Shown here: positions 1-7,424 of the stretch, piece by piece | Layout: every line of letters begins with the position of its first letter | Numbering within the stretch: position 1 is the stretch's first letter | IMG/VR virus record: IMGVR_UViG_3300020414_002409 | Coordinates: 1-27,695 of that record | DNA length: 27,695 bases | Direction: 5' to 3' (one strand) | From: a virus | Taxonomy: Duplodnaviria; Caudoviricetes | Translations under genes and position numbers: made by a program | Notes under the pieces: model-generated | What the model was told of the DNA's origin: nothing | The model's database searches: none | What the model saw: the letters and a program-made list of their open reading frames with translations, nothing else

Positions 1-371
1 TTTGGGCAGCGGCGGTTCACGCTTACCGCAGCGGAGTTGGATATGAATTCAACAGTGGAGAGATTGCAGCTATATCTGAATACATCCAGGAGTTCGGTGA
101 CCCTGATCCTTGGCTTGACAAGATTGCTGCTTATGTCGCCATCCGTGAAGAAGTCACTGCTGCTGACGTTCTGACTCACGCACTAGAACTGGATCCTCGG
201 AACCAGTCGCGACGTGAAGGCAGACGTGTTGCTGATGTTCTCCAGTCAATGGGCTGGCGTCGACTAGTCACCAGTCGTAAAGACGCATCAGGTAAATCAA
301 AGTCCGTTCGTATCTGGCAGCGTCCTAAAGACGATCCCATTGACGAAACACATATTCTCAACGATTTCTAA
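1..371 (+). CDS. C-terminal part of a VapE (virulence-associated E)-like helicase / primase-helicase, truncated by the window start
   Basis: Frame +3 is open from the edge to TAA 369-371: WAAAVHAYRSG...DPWLDKI...RRVADVLQSMGW. This resembles the QLWAEA...DPW...LGW C-terminal pattern of VapE proteins. Not in the ORF track. Confidence 0.7.
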   Translation, partial: WAAAVHAYRSGVGYEFNSGEIAAISEYIQEFGDPDPWLDKIAAYVAIREEVTAADVLTHALELDPRNQSRREGRRVADVLQSMGWRRLVTSRKDASGKSKSVRIWQRPKDDPIDETHILNDF

Positions 372-399
372 CTCTCACAATAAGTAATTAGGTATTAAT

Positions 400-636
400 A
401 TGAAGTCATCTGATATCCAGATTGGGCTGCGTGTGCGTGTTGCCCATAACCAAATGACCGCCTTAGTTGTTGGTAAACCTGAGTATTACACTCCCCGTGC
501 AAAACTCGTTCGTATCAAATATGAAAACAGTACACGATACGAATATATGATTAACCATCAACTCCAAGCACTACCTGCTAATGAGCAGTACCCAGCACTC
601 GGCGGCTCTTATGTGAAACCTGAAGGAGATTTTTAA
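400..636 (+). CDS. hypothetical protein (78 aa)
   Basis: ATG ORF after an AT-rich spacer; TAATG coupling to the next gene. Confidence 0.75.
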   Translation: MKSSDIQIGLRVRVAHNQMTALVVGKPEYYTPRAKLVRIKYENSTRYEYMINHQLQALPANEQYPALGGSYVKPEGDF

Positions 637-1451
637 TGGCTGAAGCTCAACCCTCTAAAAAACGTGGAGGTCACGCCTACGGAAGACGTGTCAAACAACT
701 CTCTAATACAGCTGAAGAGGGTGAGCTCTGTCTATATACAGGTCACTCACTTGGTAGATTCTCTACCCACAGCATGAGATACGACAGCCATCAAGCTTGT
801 GTACGCTGCGTTGCTGGTGCTCGTGAAGGTCGTCTTTCTTTTGATATATCTAAACTACTTAAGAAAAACAGGATCAAAGCACTCAAGTTCTGGTCGCAAG
901 TAGAAATCGGTGATCCTGATGAGTGTTGGGACTGGAAAGGCAATATCAACAAACGGACCAAGCAACCTCAATTTGCTTGGAGACGGCATGGAATTAGTAG
1001 TTCTACGCAGCATCATCCTCAGCGGGTTGCTATGTGGTTTACTTGGGGTGATCTTGGATTTAGCGGTGTTAAAACCACTTGTGGTAATAAGTATTGCTGC
1101 AATCCTTTTCATCTTATTCCGCAAAATGTTGGTGTCTTTGTAGACCACGACAGTTATCTTGAAAGCTTTGAGCTTGCTTGTGAACTACATACTCTTCGTC
1201 AACAAGTAGCGGAATATATGGTTGAGCAAGCAATGAAAGAGCAAGAGAAGCTTGATGCCATGAACGAAATGAACGGTCGTGAAGAACTACTGCTTGACCC
1301 TACTACTCAGTTTGACGAAAGGTTTGAAGCAGTTATAGTTGATATGTTAAATGGTCGTCACGCAAGTCAAATTGATTCTTCTGGAACTGGATTAAATCAA
1401 CAACCAGAAGATCACGAAGTTGATGACGAAGACCCCACATTAGAGTATTAA
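636..1451 (+). CDS. His-Me finger (HNH/homing-endonuclease-like) zinc-binding protein, apparently catalytically degenerate
   Basis: FWSQV...DECWDWKG...RVAMWFTWG...CGNKYCCNPFHL matches phage His-Me endonucleases, plus an N-terminal C..GH...RY...CVRC Zn motif. The canonical VxHxC reads VKTTC. SD GAAGGAGA upstream. Confidence 0.7.
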   Translation: MAEAQPSKKRGGHAYGRRVKQLSNTAEEGELCLYTGHSLGRFSTHSMRYDSHQACVRCVAGAREGRLSFDISKLLKKNRIKALKFWSQVEIGDPDECWDWKGNINKRTKQPQFAWRRHGISSSTQHHPQRVAMWFTWGDLGFSGVKTTCGNKYCCNPFHLIPQNVGVFVDHDSYLESFELACELHTLRQQVAEYMVEQAMKEQEKLDAMNEMNGREELLLDPTTQFDERFEAVIVDMLNGRHASQIDSSGTGLNQQPEDHEVDDEDPTLEY

Positions 1452-1483
1452 TTTACTTATCCTTATACAAGAGTCATTACATT

Positions 1484-1906
1484 ATGTCTAGGCGAACTGA
1501 TCTGCTTCAGCAGTTAATTAGGTCTGATAAGTGGGGTGAAGAGAAGACGCAGGAGCAGAAGTTTCTTGCTGCTACCGCCGAACTTATTCTCACTGACTTG
1601 ATCAACATCGCTATGAATGGAGTCGAGCGTGACGGCGCTGGGTCTCTAATCATTAATTTGCAGAACGACTCAACCACTTATATGTCTGGCGAAGCTATTG
1701 AATATGACATCGCACAGGCGGAACGGATGGAAGACGAGGAGATCCTTGAATTCCTGCGTGGCTTGATGAAAGAGATTGATGAAAATGACTGGTCAAAAAA
1801 TGTACTAATTACCTTGATCAGTGATGCTGGAACAAGAACATTTGCAGTCGAAGCAGGAGGGAGCCAAGAAAGCTTCCGAACGGTCGCAGCAGAATTTACA
1901 GAATAA
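1484..1906 (+). CDS. hypothetical protein (140 aa, acidic)
   Basis: ORF collinear with the operon; no recognisable motif. Confidence 0.75.
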   Translation: MSRRTDLLQQLIRSDKWGEEKTQEQKFLAATAELILTDLINIAMNGVERDGAGSLIINLQNDSTTYMSGEAIEYDIAQAERMEDEEILEFLRGLMKEIDENDWSKNVLITLISDAGTRTFAVEAGGSQESFRTVAAEFTE

Positions 1907-2492
1907 ACTTGCCGAAAAAGGTCTCAAGCTTCCCCTCTACCCGACACCTCAACTTATTGAACGTGCTCGACAAGTTATGGGGAGCATTGACTTTGACCCA
2001 ACTTCGGACCCTGTGCAACAAGTGCTCGTAGACGCTACGTCTGTGCCTTCACTTGAAAGCAATCCTCTTAATGAGCATTGGCACGGCAACGTATGGGTAG
2101 CTCCCAAAGGAGCTGTGCGCAACACTCGTGTTTGGTTGAATAAAACCATTAACGAGTATCGCAACAATTACATCAATAGTTTCGTATTTTTTACCAGTGC
2201 TTCTGAGATTATTCGTGCCACTCCTGTTATTTGGGACTATCCTGTATGCATTCCTTTCAGGAGAGTTAAACAACTTCGCGCTACAAGCAAAGGTTTTGAG
2301 TCCGTGTGCCCAAGCACGTGGAATGTTCTTATCTACGGACCACCTCTTGATGCTGCCATCAGCGACATCGATAAAGTCACTCTTTTCTATAACACTTTCC
2401 GTGATATCGGTCGTGTAATTTACAACGAATATGCTGGTGACAACTGGGCCAAAGACCTTGAGCATTACGAAGAGCATCGAGGTGAGGTCTGA
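1821..2492 (+). CDS. phage Dam-like N6-adenine DNA methyltransferase homologue lacking NPPY
   Basis: YPTPQLIERARQVMGSIDFDPTS...WHGNVWVAPKG follows the phage MTase pattern (WYTP..AR..G.IDLDPAS...W.G.VWLNPPY), but motif IV reads APKG. Start uncertain. Confidence 0.7.
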   Translation: MMLEQEHLQSKQEGAKKASERSQQNLQNKLAEKGLKLPLYPTPQLIERARQVMGSIDFDPTSDPVQQVLVDATSVPSLESNPLNEHWHGNVWVAPKGAVRNTRVWLNKTINEYRNNYINSFVFFTSASEIIRATPVIWDYPVCIPFRRVKQLRATSKGFESVCPSTWNVLIYGPPLDAAISDIDKVTLFYNTFRDIGRVIYNEYAGDNWAKDLEHYEEHRGEV

Positions 2493-2905
2493 TGAGTCGT
2501 CATATTGCACCGTCTTGTTTCTATGACCTGCCCTCAGGTACTCGTGTACATCCGTGCCGTCTAATTCACAAAGATGGAACTCTTATGTGGAAGCACGCGC
2601 TCTTGCATAACAATGAGTTGGTATGTCTTCCTAAAGAGCACGCACACGAAGCTCATATTGTTAAAACTGCTCAACGTGTAGAAGAGCTTAACTCTTGGGT
2701 GTCACAAGACTTAGATCCTTGGGAGTTCCTGAAGCCTGTTATTTGGTATGCACCTGATGCTCCACATCTTTCTGAAGGTATTTCCGTATATCTCAAGCAC
2801 ACTTCATTGTCTACAGATCTTGTATTGACCTCTCTTAAGGAGCACGTACAAGATCATGAGACGTTGAAAAAGGTTGACGACTTTATCTTCTTTCGCCGCT
2901 GCTAG
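2492..2905 (+). CDS. hypothetical protein (137 aa)
   Basis: TGATG coupling with the MTase-like gene; GAGGTGAGG upstream. Confidence 0.7.
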   Translation: MSRHIAPSCFYDLPSGTRVHPCRLIHKDGTLMWKHALLHNNELVCLPKEHAHEAHIVKTAQRVEELNSWVSQDLDPWEFLKPVIWYAPDAPHLSEGISVYLKHTSLSTDLVLTSLKEHVQDHETLKKVDDFIFFRRC

Positions 2906-2906
2906 T

Positions 2907-2925
2907 GCGCCCTAGCGGGCGCTTT
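2907..2925. terminator. hairpin between convergent genes, probable terminator
   Basis: GCGCCC-TAGC-GGGCGC followed by TTT; short U tract. Confidence 0.5.
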
Positions 2926-3298
2926 ACAGCTTGGTGATAAGACGATCTAGATACCAACGAGCTTTCTTAGCATCCTCAGATGGATTGTCTTTGAGCCACA
3001 AACGGAGCAGGTACTTCAAGACTTGTGCTTGTAACATCCCTGTTGCTGGGTCAGGAGCATCTTTGATTGCATCTTCGATGACATCAATTGCTTCTACTCG
3101 ACCGCCTGTGTAATGACTAGGACTGTTCACTCTGTCATCAGATGGAAAGTTCAGCACATCGTCATTTGATGCAGAAGGGAACTTAGACAGATAATCGACA
3201 TCGTTAACCGGGTGCTCATCAAGATCAAAGGCTGACCTGTAATCCTGCATATACAAATCAAAGGATTCATATTCCTTCTTAAATTTCTCGTAGTCCAT
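2924..3298 (-). CDS. DUF3310 family protein (T7 gp1.7 nucleotide-kinase-like)
   Basis: DRVNSPSHYTGGRVEAIDVIE...KYLLR...EDAKKARWYLDRL is the DUF3310 signature. ATG 3298 preferred over TTG 3307. Confidence 0.85.
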   Translation of the reverse strand: MDYEKFKKEYESFDLYMQDYRSAFDLDEHPVNDVDYLSKFPSASNDDVLNFPSDDRVNSPSHYTGGRVEAIDVIEDAIKDAPDPATGMLQAQVLKYLLRLWLKDNPSEDAKKARWYLDRLITKL

Positions 3299-3355
3299 GT
3301 ATCGCAATCCTGTGATTCACTACCTAATATAAGAATAAATGTCTGATAATGCGAT

Positions 3356-3907
3356 ATGACATCTCCCAAAGGTGACCCAACATATATAAAGAATAAAGAT
3401 AGATATTTTATTGACGTTGCTAAGACTGTTGGTTCTGCATCTACTCACCCCGTCTGTCCTGGCGGATGTGTTGTAGTGCGTGATCGTGAAATTCTTGGTG
3501 ATGGTAGAGCTCTTCTTACAGCAAGCAAAGTGGAAATTGATCCCGTTTGCTATGCCATTGCAGCTGCCTGCAAACGAGGCACTCCGATGACGGGGGCTCT
3601 TATTTATACAACTCGCTATCCGTTCTCGGCTTCTATTTTCCAAGCTCACATTATGGGAGTACGGAAAATTGTTGTACTGGCTCACGAGTGGGAGCCTTAC
3701 TACAAAGATGAATTCCGTAGAGCTGCACGGCTAGCACGAGAACTAAACATTGCTGTCGAACCTTACTTTGAAAACAAAGACCCCCGTTTCTCAGTCAACT
3801 CATACGCAGAGCAAGAGCTTGATGAAGACCTCTACCCAGATTCAAACCCTCATGCAACAGACGAGTTTGACACCAAAGACGCTAAGGAGATCCTCGATGA
3901 AAACTGA
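3356..3907 (+). CDS. dCMP/cytidine deaminase-fold protein lacking the Zn and catalytic residues
   Basis: DRYFIDVA..V...ST....GCVVVRD.EIL..G...AI....GT..TGALIYTT.YP.....GVRKIVV follows the dCMP deaminase scaffold. HAE is replaced by DPV and PCxxC by PFSAS. Confidence 0.75.
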   Translation: MTSPKGDPTYIKNKDRYFIDVAKTVGSASTHPVCPGGCVVVRDREILGDGRALLTASKVEIDPVCYAIAAACKRGTPMTGALIYTTRYPFSASIFQAHIMGVRKIVVLAHEWEPYYKDEFRRAARLARELNIAVEPYFENKDPRFSVNSYAEQELDEDLYPDSNPHATDEFDTKDAKEILDEN

Positions 3908-4424
3908 ACTACTCTTTGACCTTGAAAGCACAGGACTGTTGCGTCAGGGTTCAACAATTCACTGCATAGTAATGCGCAATATGGCTAACGTAGAAGAGAC
4001 AGAAGTCTTTGATCACGAGCCAGAACGTGCCGTAATCCAAGGCGTAAAGGCTCTTGAACGGGCCGATCTTCTTATCGGACACAATATCATTGGTTATGAT
4101 ATTCCATTGCTTAAAGAGCAGTATCCAGACTTTGAACCGAGAGGCGAAGTCTTGGATACTCTTGTACTTTCTCGTTTATATTATCCTCATATTATTGATA
4201 GAGACTATGAGAGACGCCCTCAAGGAATGCCTCAACGTATGTACGGAAGGCATAGTCTCGAAGCGTGGGGATACCGCCTAAAGTGTTTCAAGGGGGACTA
4301 CGGTAAAGGTCCCGACGCTTGGGATACATATACACCTGAGATGCTTGATTACTGCATCCAAGATACTCAAGTCACTGTAAGACTATACGAACTATTGCAA
4401 AGGAGAATGAATGACTACGCCTAA
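3897..4424 (+). CDS. stand-alone 3'-5' exonuclease domain of a T7-like DNA polymerase A
   Basis: ExoI FDLESTGL, ExoII GHNIIGYD, ExoIII YCIQD, plus HSLEAWGYRL. ATG 3897 with SD AAGGAGA is preferred over the ORF-track start at 3750. Confidence 0.9.
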   Translation: MKTELLFDLESTGLLRQGSTIHCIVMRNMANVEETEVFDHEPERAVIQGVKALERADLLIGHNIIGYDIPLLKEQYPDFEPRGEVLDTLVLSRLYYPHIIDRDYERRPQGMPQRMYGRHSLEAWGYRLKCFKGDYGKGPDAWDTYTPEMLDYCIQDTQVTVRLYELLQRRMNDYA

Positions 4425-4653
4425 GAAAAGTGATCCACTTACTCATGAAGAAGTAGCAGCTGCGGCTGACATTTTCTTCCCGCTGTTTAATGAAGTGCAC
4501 AATCGGATGCCTGACGGCTCAACGACTGAAGACACACTTAGGGTGATGGAAAGCGTTGCAAAGCTTGGTCATAAAACACGTGCAGAAAAACTGCTTGAAG
4601 AAAAATCAATTGCTTTTGGATTCAACAAAGACGACGAAAATGTATCTGACTGA
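4411..4653 (+). CDS. hypothetical protein between the polymerase halves (80 aa)
   Basis: SD AAGGAGA upstream; short overlaps with both neighbours. Confidence 0.7.
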   Translation: MTTPKKSDPLTHEEVAAAADIFFPLFNEVHNRMPDGSTTEDTLRVMESVAKLGHKTRAEKLLEEKSIAFGFNKDDENVSD

Positions 4654-4768
4654 CAAAGAAGTAGAAATTTATCAATGGATTGATGAGTGTCCTGAAGAGT
4701 GTCTTTCTTATAAAGAGAAAGACGGAACAATCGTTGTTGAAATTAAGCTAGAAAATGATGATTCCTGA
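4640..4768 (+). CDS. small hypothetical protein (42 aa, MYLTDKEVEIYQWIDECP...)
   Basis: ATG 4640 in the frame of ORF-track 4556..4768; 14-nt overlaps on both sides. Confidence 0.55.
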   Translation: MYLTDKEVEIYQWIDECPEECLSYKEKDGTIVVEIKLENDDS

Positions 4769-6062
4769 TTACGTCAAACTTGAAATGCGTATGGCAGAGC
4801 TGATGTCTCAACAAGAGGCGTCAGGCTTTCGCTTCGATATGGAAGCCGCTGTACGTGTGCGTAGCGAGCTTCAAACTGAGTTTGATGAGCTTACTGAACG
4901 CATCACTTCTACGTACCTGTACGTCCCTGGCAAGGTGTTCACACCCAAACGGGCAGACAAGAAGAAAGGCTACGTTGCTGGGGCTCCTATGACCCGTCTG
5001 ACGGACTTCAATCCAACGTCACGTCAGCACATTGCCTGGGCATTGCAGACCTTCCGTGGTGCTCGTTTCACCAAGGTCACTGACACGGGCAAGCCAAAGG
5101 TTGACGAAGCAACAATCTCTGAGATTCGTGACCTTGCACTGACCCAAGGCAATCAGCTTTTGCACGACGAGTGCGAAATGTTTATCCGTTTGCTGACGCT
5201 ACAGAAGTGGCTGGGGCAACTGTCGGAGGGAACCAACTCTTGGTTCAACTCTATTGAGGGCGATGGTTGCATCCACCACAGCTGCACACTGGCGACACAA
5301 ACGTCACGTAACGCGCACCGTGGTCCGAACCTCGGACAGGTCGTGAGCGCACCATGGGCACGGGAGCTGTTCATTCCTCATCCAGGAATGGTAATGGTTG
5401 GCTGTGACCTTGAAGGGCTAGAGCTTCGGGCACTCGGGCATTACTTGAGCAAGTTCGACCAGGGTGCGTTTGCTGACGTCGTGCTGAACGGTGATATCCA
5501 CCAGCAAAATGCTGACCGTGTGGGCTGCACTAGGCGGGAGGTGAAGACCCTTACGTATGCGTTTATCTATGGAGCAGGCGATCAAAAGCTTGGTCACAGC
5601 TTGCGTCCTGAGCTGTCAGACAGCCAGAAGAAGCAACTTGGTAGTGAGTTACGCCGCAAGTTCCTTGACGCAATTCCAGGTCTTGAGCCGTTGGTTGAAG
5701 CTGTTAAAGAGCGTGTTCGTACAAACAATCGACTGCGTGGTCTTGATGGACGTCCAATTTTCTGCCGTGCAGAACATAGTTCATTGAACTACCTTTTGCA
5801 GTCGTGTGGCGCGATTCTGAGCAAGAGGTGGCTTGTGATTGGTCAAGATATGCTCGACGAGGCAGGATTGACATATGACAGGGACTACACCCGTTGTGCT
5901 TACGTGCACGATGAACAGCAGTTTTCTGTCATACCTGCTGAAGCTGACACTGTTGCTCGTCTACTAGAGCAGGCAGCGCTGCGAGCAGGTGAGTACTACA
6001 ACTTCCGTGTACCTATTACAGCAGCTGCTGACGTAGGAAATAACTGGGCAGCTACGCACTAG
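4755..6062 (+). CDS. polA: family A DNA polymerase, polymerase domain (T7 gp5-like)
   Basis: Motif A DLEGLELR, motif B RREVKTLTYAFIYGAG, motif C VHDE, T7-like YVAGAP...FNPTSRQHI, and terminal NWAATH. Confidence 0.95.
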   Translation: MMIPDYVKLEMRMAELMSQQEASGFRFDMEAAVRVRSELQTEFDELTERITSTYLYVPGKVFTPKRADKKKGYVAGAPMTRLTDFNPTSRQHIAWALQTFRGARFTKVTDTGKPKVDEATISEIRDLALTQGNQLLHDECEMFIRLLTLQKWLGQLSEGTNSWFNSIEGDGCIHHSCTLATQTSRNAHRGPNLGQVVSAPWARELFIPHPGMVMVGCDLEGLELRALGHYLSKFDQGAFADVVLNGDIHQQNADRVGCTRREVKTLTYAFIYGAGDQKLGHSLRPELSDSQKKQLGSELRRKFLDAIPGLEPLVEAVKERVRTNNRLRGLDGRPIFCRAEHSSLNYLLQSCGAILSKRWLVIGQDMLDEAGLTYDRDYTRCAYVHDEQQFSVIPAEADTVARLLEQAALRAGEYYNFRVPITAAADVGNNWAATH

Positions 6063-6084
6063 TCCATGCTGATACAATAAGTAT

Positions 6085-6270
6085 ATGGATGAAGATGACG
6101 TGCGAGTATCAATAAGTTTAGATGAAAGAGCTGTAAGAGCTCTTCATTCTGCTGTCTGCTTCACACTTACAAAATGGACAGGTCAAGAAAAGATTGACCA
6201 AGAAGAATTGCAGAACTTGCGTCCATTCCTGCAAGGTGCAATTTTTGAATGCATCTATCAAAGAGAATAA
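6085..6270 (+). CDS. hypothetical protein (61 aa)
   Basis: ATG ORF with TACAAT just upstream. Confidence 0.6.
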   Translation: MDEDDVRVSISLDERAVRALHSAVCFTLTKWTGQEKIDQEELQNLRPFLQGAIFECIYQRE

Positions 6271-6317
6271 AGACATTTTGTTCGCCGTAAACTTCGAATT
6301 TTCCGTAACATTGAGTT

Positions 6318-6446
6318 ATGGAAAAGTACTGGCGTCGCTTTAAATATGCATTGAGGCTGCAAAAGTGGCCGGTACTTTCTAATGCGGAACAATTGCTACG
6401 AGAGCAGAAAAGAAAATTAGATAGATTGTATGGACGTAGCAAGTAA
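6318..6446 (+). CDS. small basic hypothetical protein (42 aa, MEKYWRRFKYALRLQKWP...)
   Basis: Manually translated ATG..TAA filling the gap, ending 3 nt before the next ATG. Confidence 0.5.
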   Translation: MEKYWRRFKYALRLQKWPVLSNAEQLLREQKRKLDRLYGRSK

Positions 6447-6449
6447 TCT

Positions 6450-6635
6450 ATGTCTTCCAAAAAGCTAACGATTGAACTTGATAAAGCAGCTGTCAAAATG
6501 CTTTTAACTGCTTTAGATCAATACGAAGAAACACTTCCGACAGTTTCTTCTAATAGAAGAGAACGTTTTTGTGATATTTACAGGAAGTTAAAAATTTCTT
6601 TGTTTGAACTGACTTTCATGGAAGGTTCGCCGTGA
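6450..6635 (+). CDS. hypothetical protein (61 aa), weakly similar to 6085..6270
   Basis: TIELDKAAVKML versus SISLDERAVRAL. Confidence 0.6.
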   Translation: MSSKKLTIELDKAAVKMLLTALDQYEETLPTVSSNRRERFCDIYRKLKISLFELTFMEGSP

Positions 6636-6639
6636 ACTA

Positions 6640-6656
6640 GTATAAAAGACTACAAT
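6640..6656 (+). promoter_or_regulatory. NtcA box overlapping a -10 element
   Basis: GTA-TAAAAGAC-TAC(A) at 6640-6654 equals GTA-N8-TAC. TACAAT at 6651-6656 lies about 10 nt before the riboswitch. Confidence 0.7.
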
Positions 6657-6665
6657 AATTATATA

Positions 6666-6717
6666 CGTTCATCCCTGAAAGATGGGACGCAAGTAGGTCA
6701 GAGACCGAAGGAACGGG
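6666..6717 (+). ncRNA. glutamine riboswitch (glnA motif, class I)
   Basis: P1 CGTTC/GAACG, P2 TCCC/GGGA, junction CGCAAGTA, P3 GGTC/GACC, then GAAG (AGUA/GAA E-loop): the glnA three-way-junction consensus. Confidence 0.9.
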
Positions 6718-6744
6718 AAGCTAACCAAACTATGGAGGTTTCCA

Positions 6745-6909
6745 ATGAACACACTCAACATTATCCGCCGTCAAATCGAAAAGGCTGAAGCAAATCGTCG
6801 TGCTCAACTTTCTCACTGCGCTTATCGTGGTCAAAAGTGTGAAGTGCACGTAATCGGCAAGCCTGTGCACGGCACCTTTGTCTACCGTGGTCGTACTTAC
6901 ACTAAGTGA
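6745..6909 (+). CDS. DUF4278-like small protein (54 aa), putative glutamine-synthetase-inactivating-factor-like peptide
   Basis: MNTLNIIRRQIEKAEANRRAQLSHCAYRGQKCEVHVIGKPVHGTFVYRGRTYTK has two YRG motifs and SD GGAGGT, and lies directly under the riboswitch. Below the ORF-track cutoff. Confidence 0.8.
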   Translation: MNTLNIIRRQIEKAEANRRAQLSHCAYRGQKCEVHVIGKPVHGTFVYRGRTYTK

Positions 6910-6929
6910 GTTACAACTAAATAACTGTC

Positions 6930-6957
6930 TGGCTCTCCTATCGGAGGGCCATTTTTA
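6930..6957 (+). terminator. intrinsic terminator
   Basis: TGGCTCTCC-TATC-GGAGGGCCA followed by TTTTT. Confidence 0.8.
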
Positions 6958-7026
6958 TTGTTTTTATTTAATATAATTAAGTCTGCGGTAGGTATTTATA
7001 ACCGCTATACATAACTAGTTAACATT

Positions 7027-7407
7027 ATGAAATCTATTATTACTGCTGGTCTTCTGTTGGGCGCTGCTCACGGTTTGACTGCTCCTGCAATCGCAGGTGT
7101 TTACGGAAACATCGAAACCAACGCTGGCGTTGCTGGTGGTGAGTACCAGAACGCTACTACTGAGATCCATCTGGGTGTCGAAGGCGAACTTGGTGGCGCT
7201 ACTGTCTACGCACAAGCAGGTCCTGCTCTTGTGGCTGTTGAAGGCGTTGATGGTACTGAGCTTGAGTACAGCGGCAAAGCTGGTATTGGTATTGACATCG
7301 GTGAACGCACCAACGTCTATGGTGAAGTTGCCTTTCAAACCATTGAGCGTGAGTTCAATGGCGATATCCCCCTGGGACTTAAGGCTGGCGTGAAGTACGA
7401 CTTCTGA
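7027..7407 (+). CDS. small outer-membrane beta-barrel (porin-like) protein of picocyanobacterial/cyanophage type
   Basis: Signal peptide ending APAIA, alternating beta-strand pattern (NIETNAG, IHLGVEG, YAQAGP, VYGEV), and C-terminal GVKYDF beta-signal. Confidence 0.8.
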   Translation: MKSIITAGLLLGAAHGLTAPAIAGVYGNIETNAGVAGGEYQNATTEIHLGVEGELGGATVYAQAGPALVAVEGVDGTELEYSGKAGIGIDIGERTNVYGEVAFQTIEREFNGDIPLGLKAGVKYDF

Positions 7408-7424
7408 GCCACGGAAGAGTTACC

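Noticed and set aside
3750-3896. ORF-track N-terminal extensions (3750, 10150, 21593, 23001, 8991)
   Set aside because: They overlap neighbouring genes, terminators or spacers. Downstream ATGs have an SD, translational coupling or better domain boundaries.
4424-4755. Group I intron or intein in the polymerase
   Set aside because: The gap is fully tiled by two coupled ORFs, and I saw no intron core or intein motifs. Not excluded without RT-PCR.
6060-6062. Genome-wide TAG reassignment as the explanation for the fibre stop
   Set aside because: polA ends in TAG exactly at its expected C-terminus (WAATH), and other genes are not fragmented by TAG.
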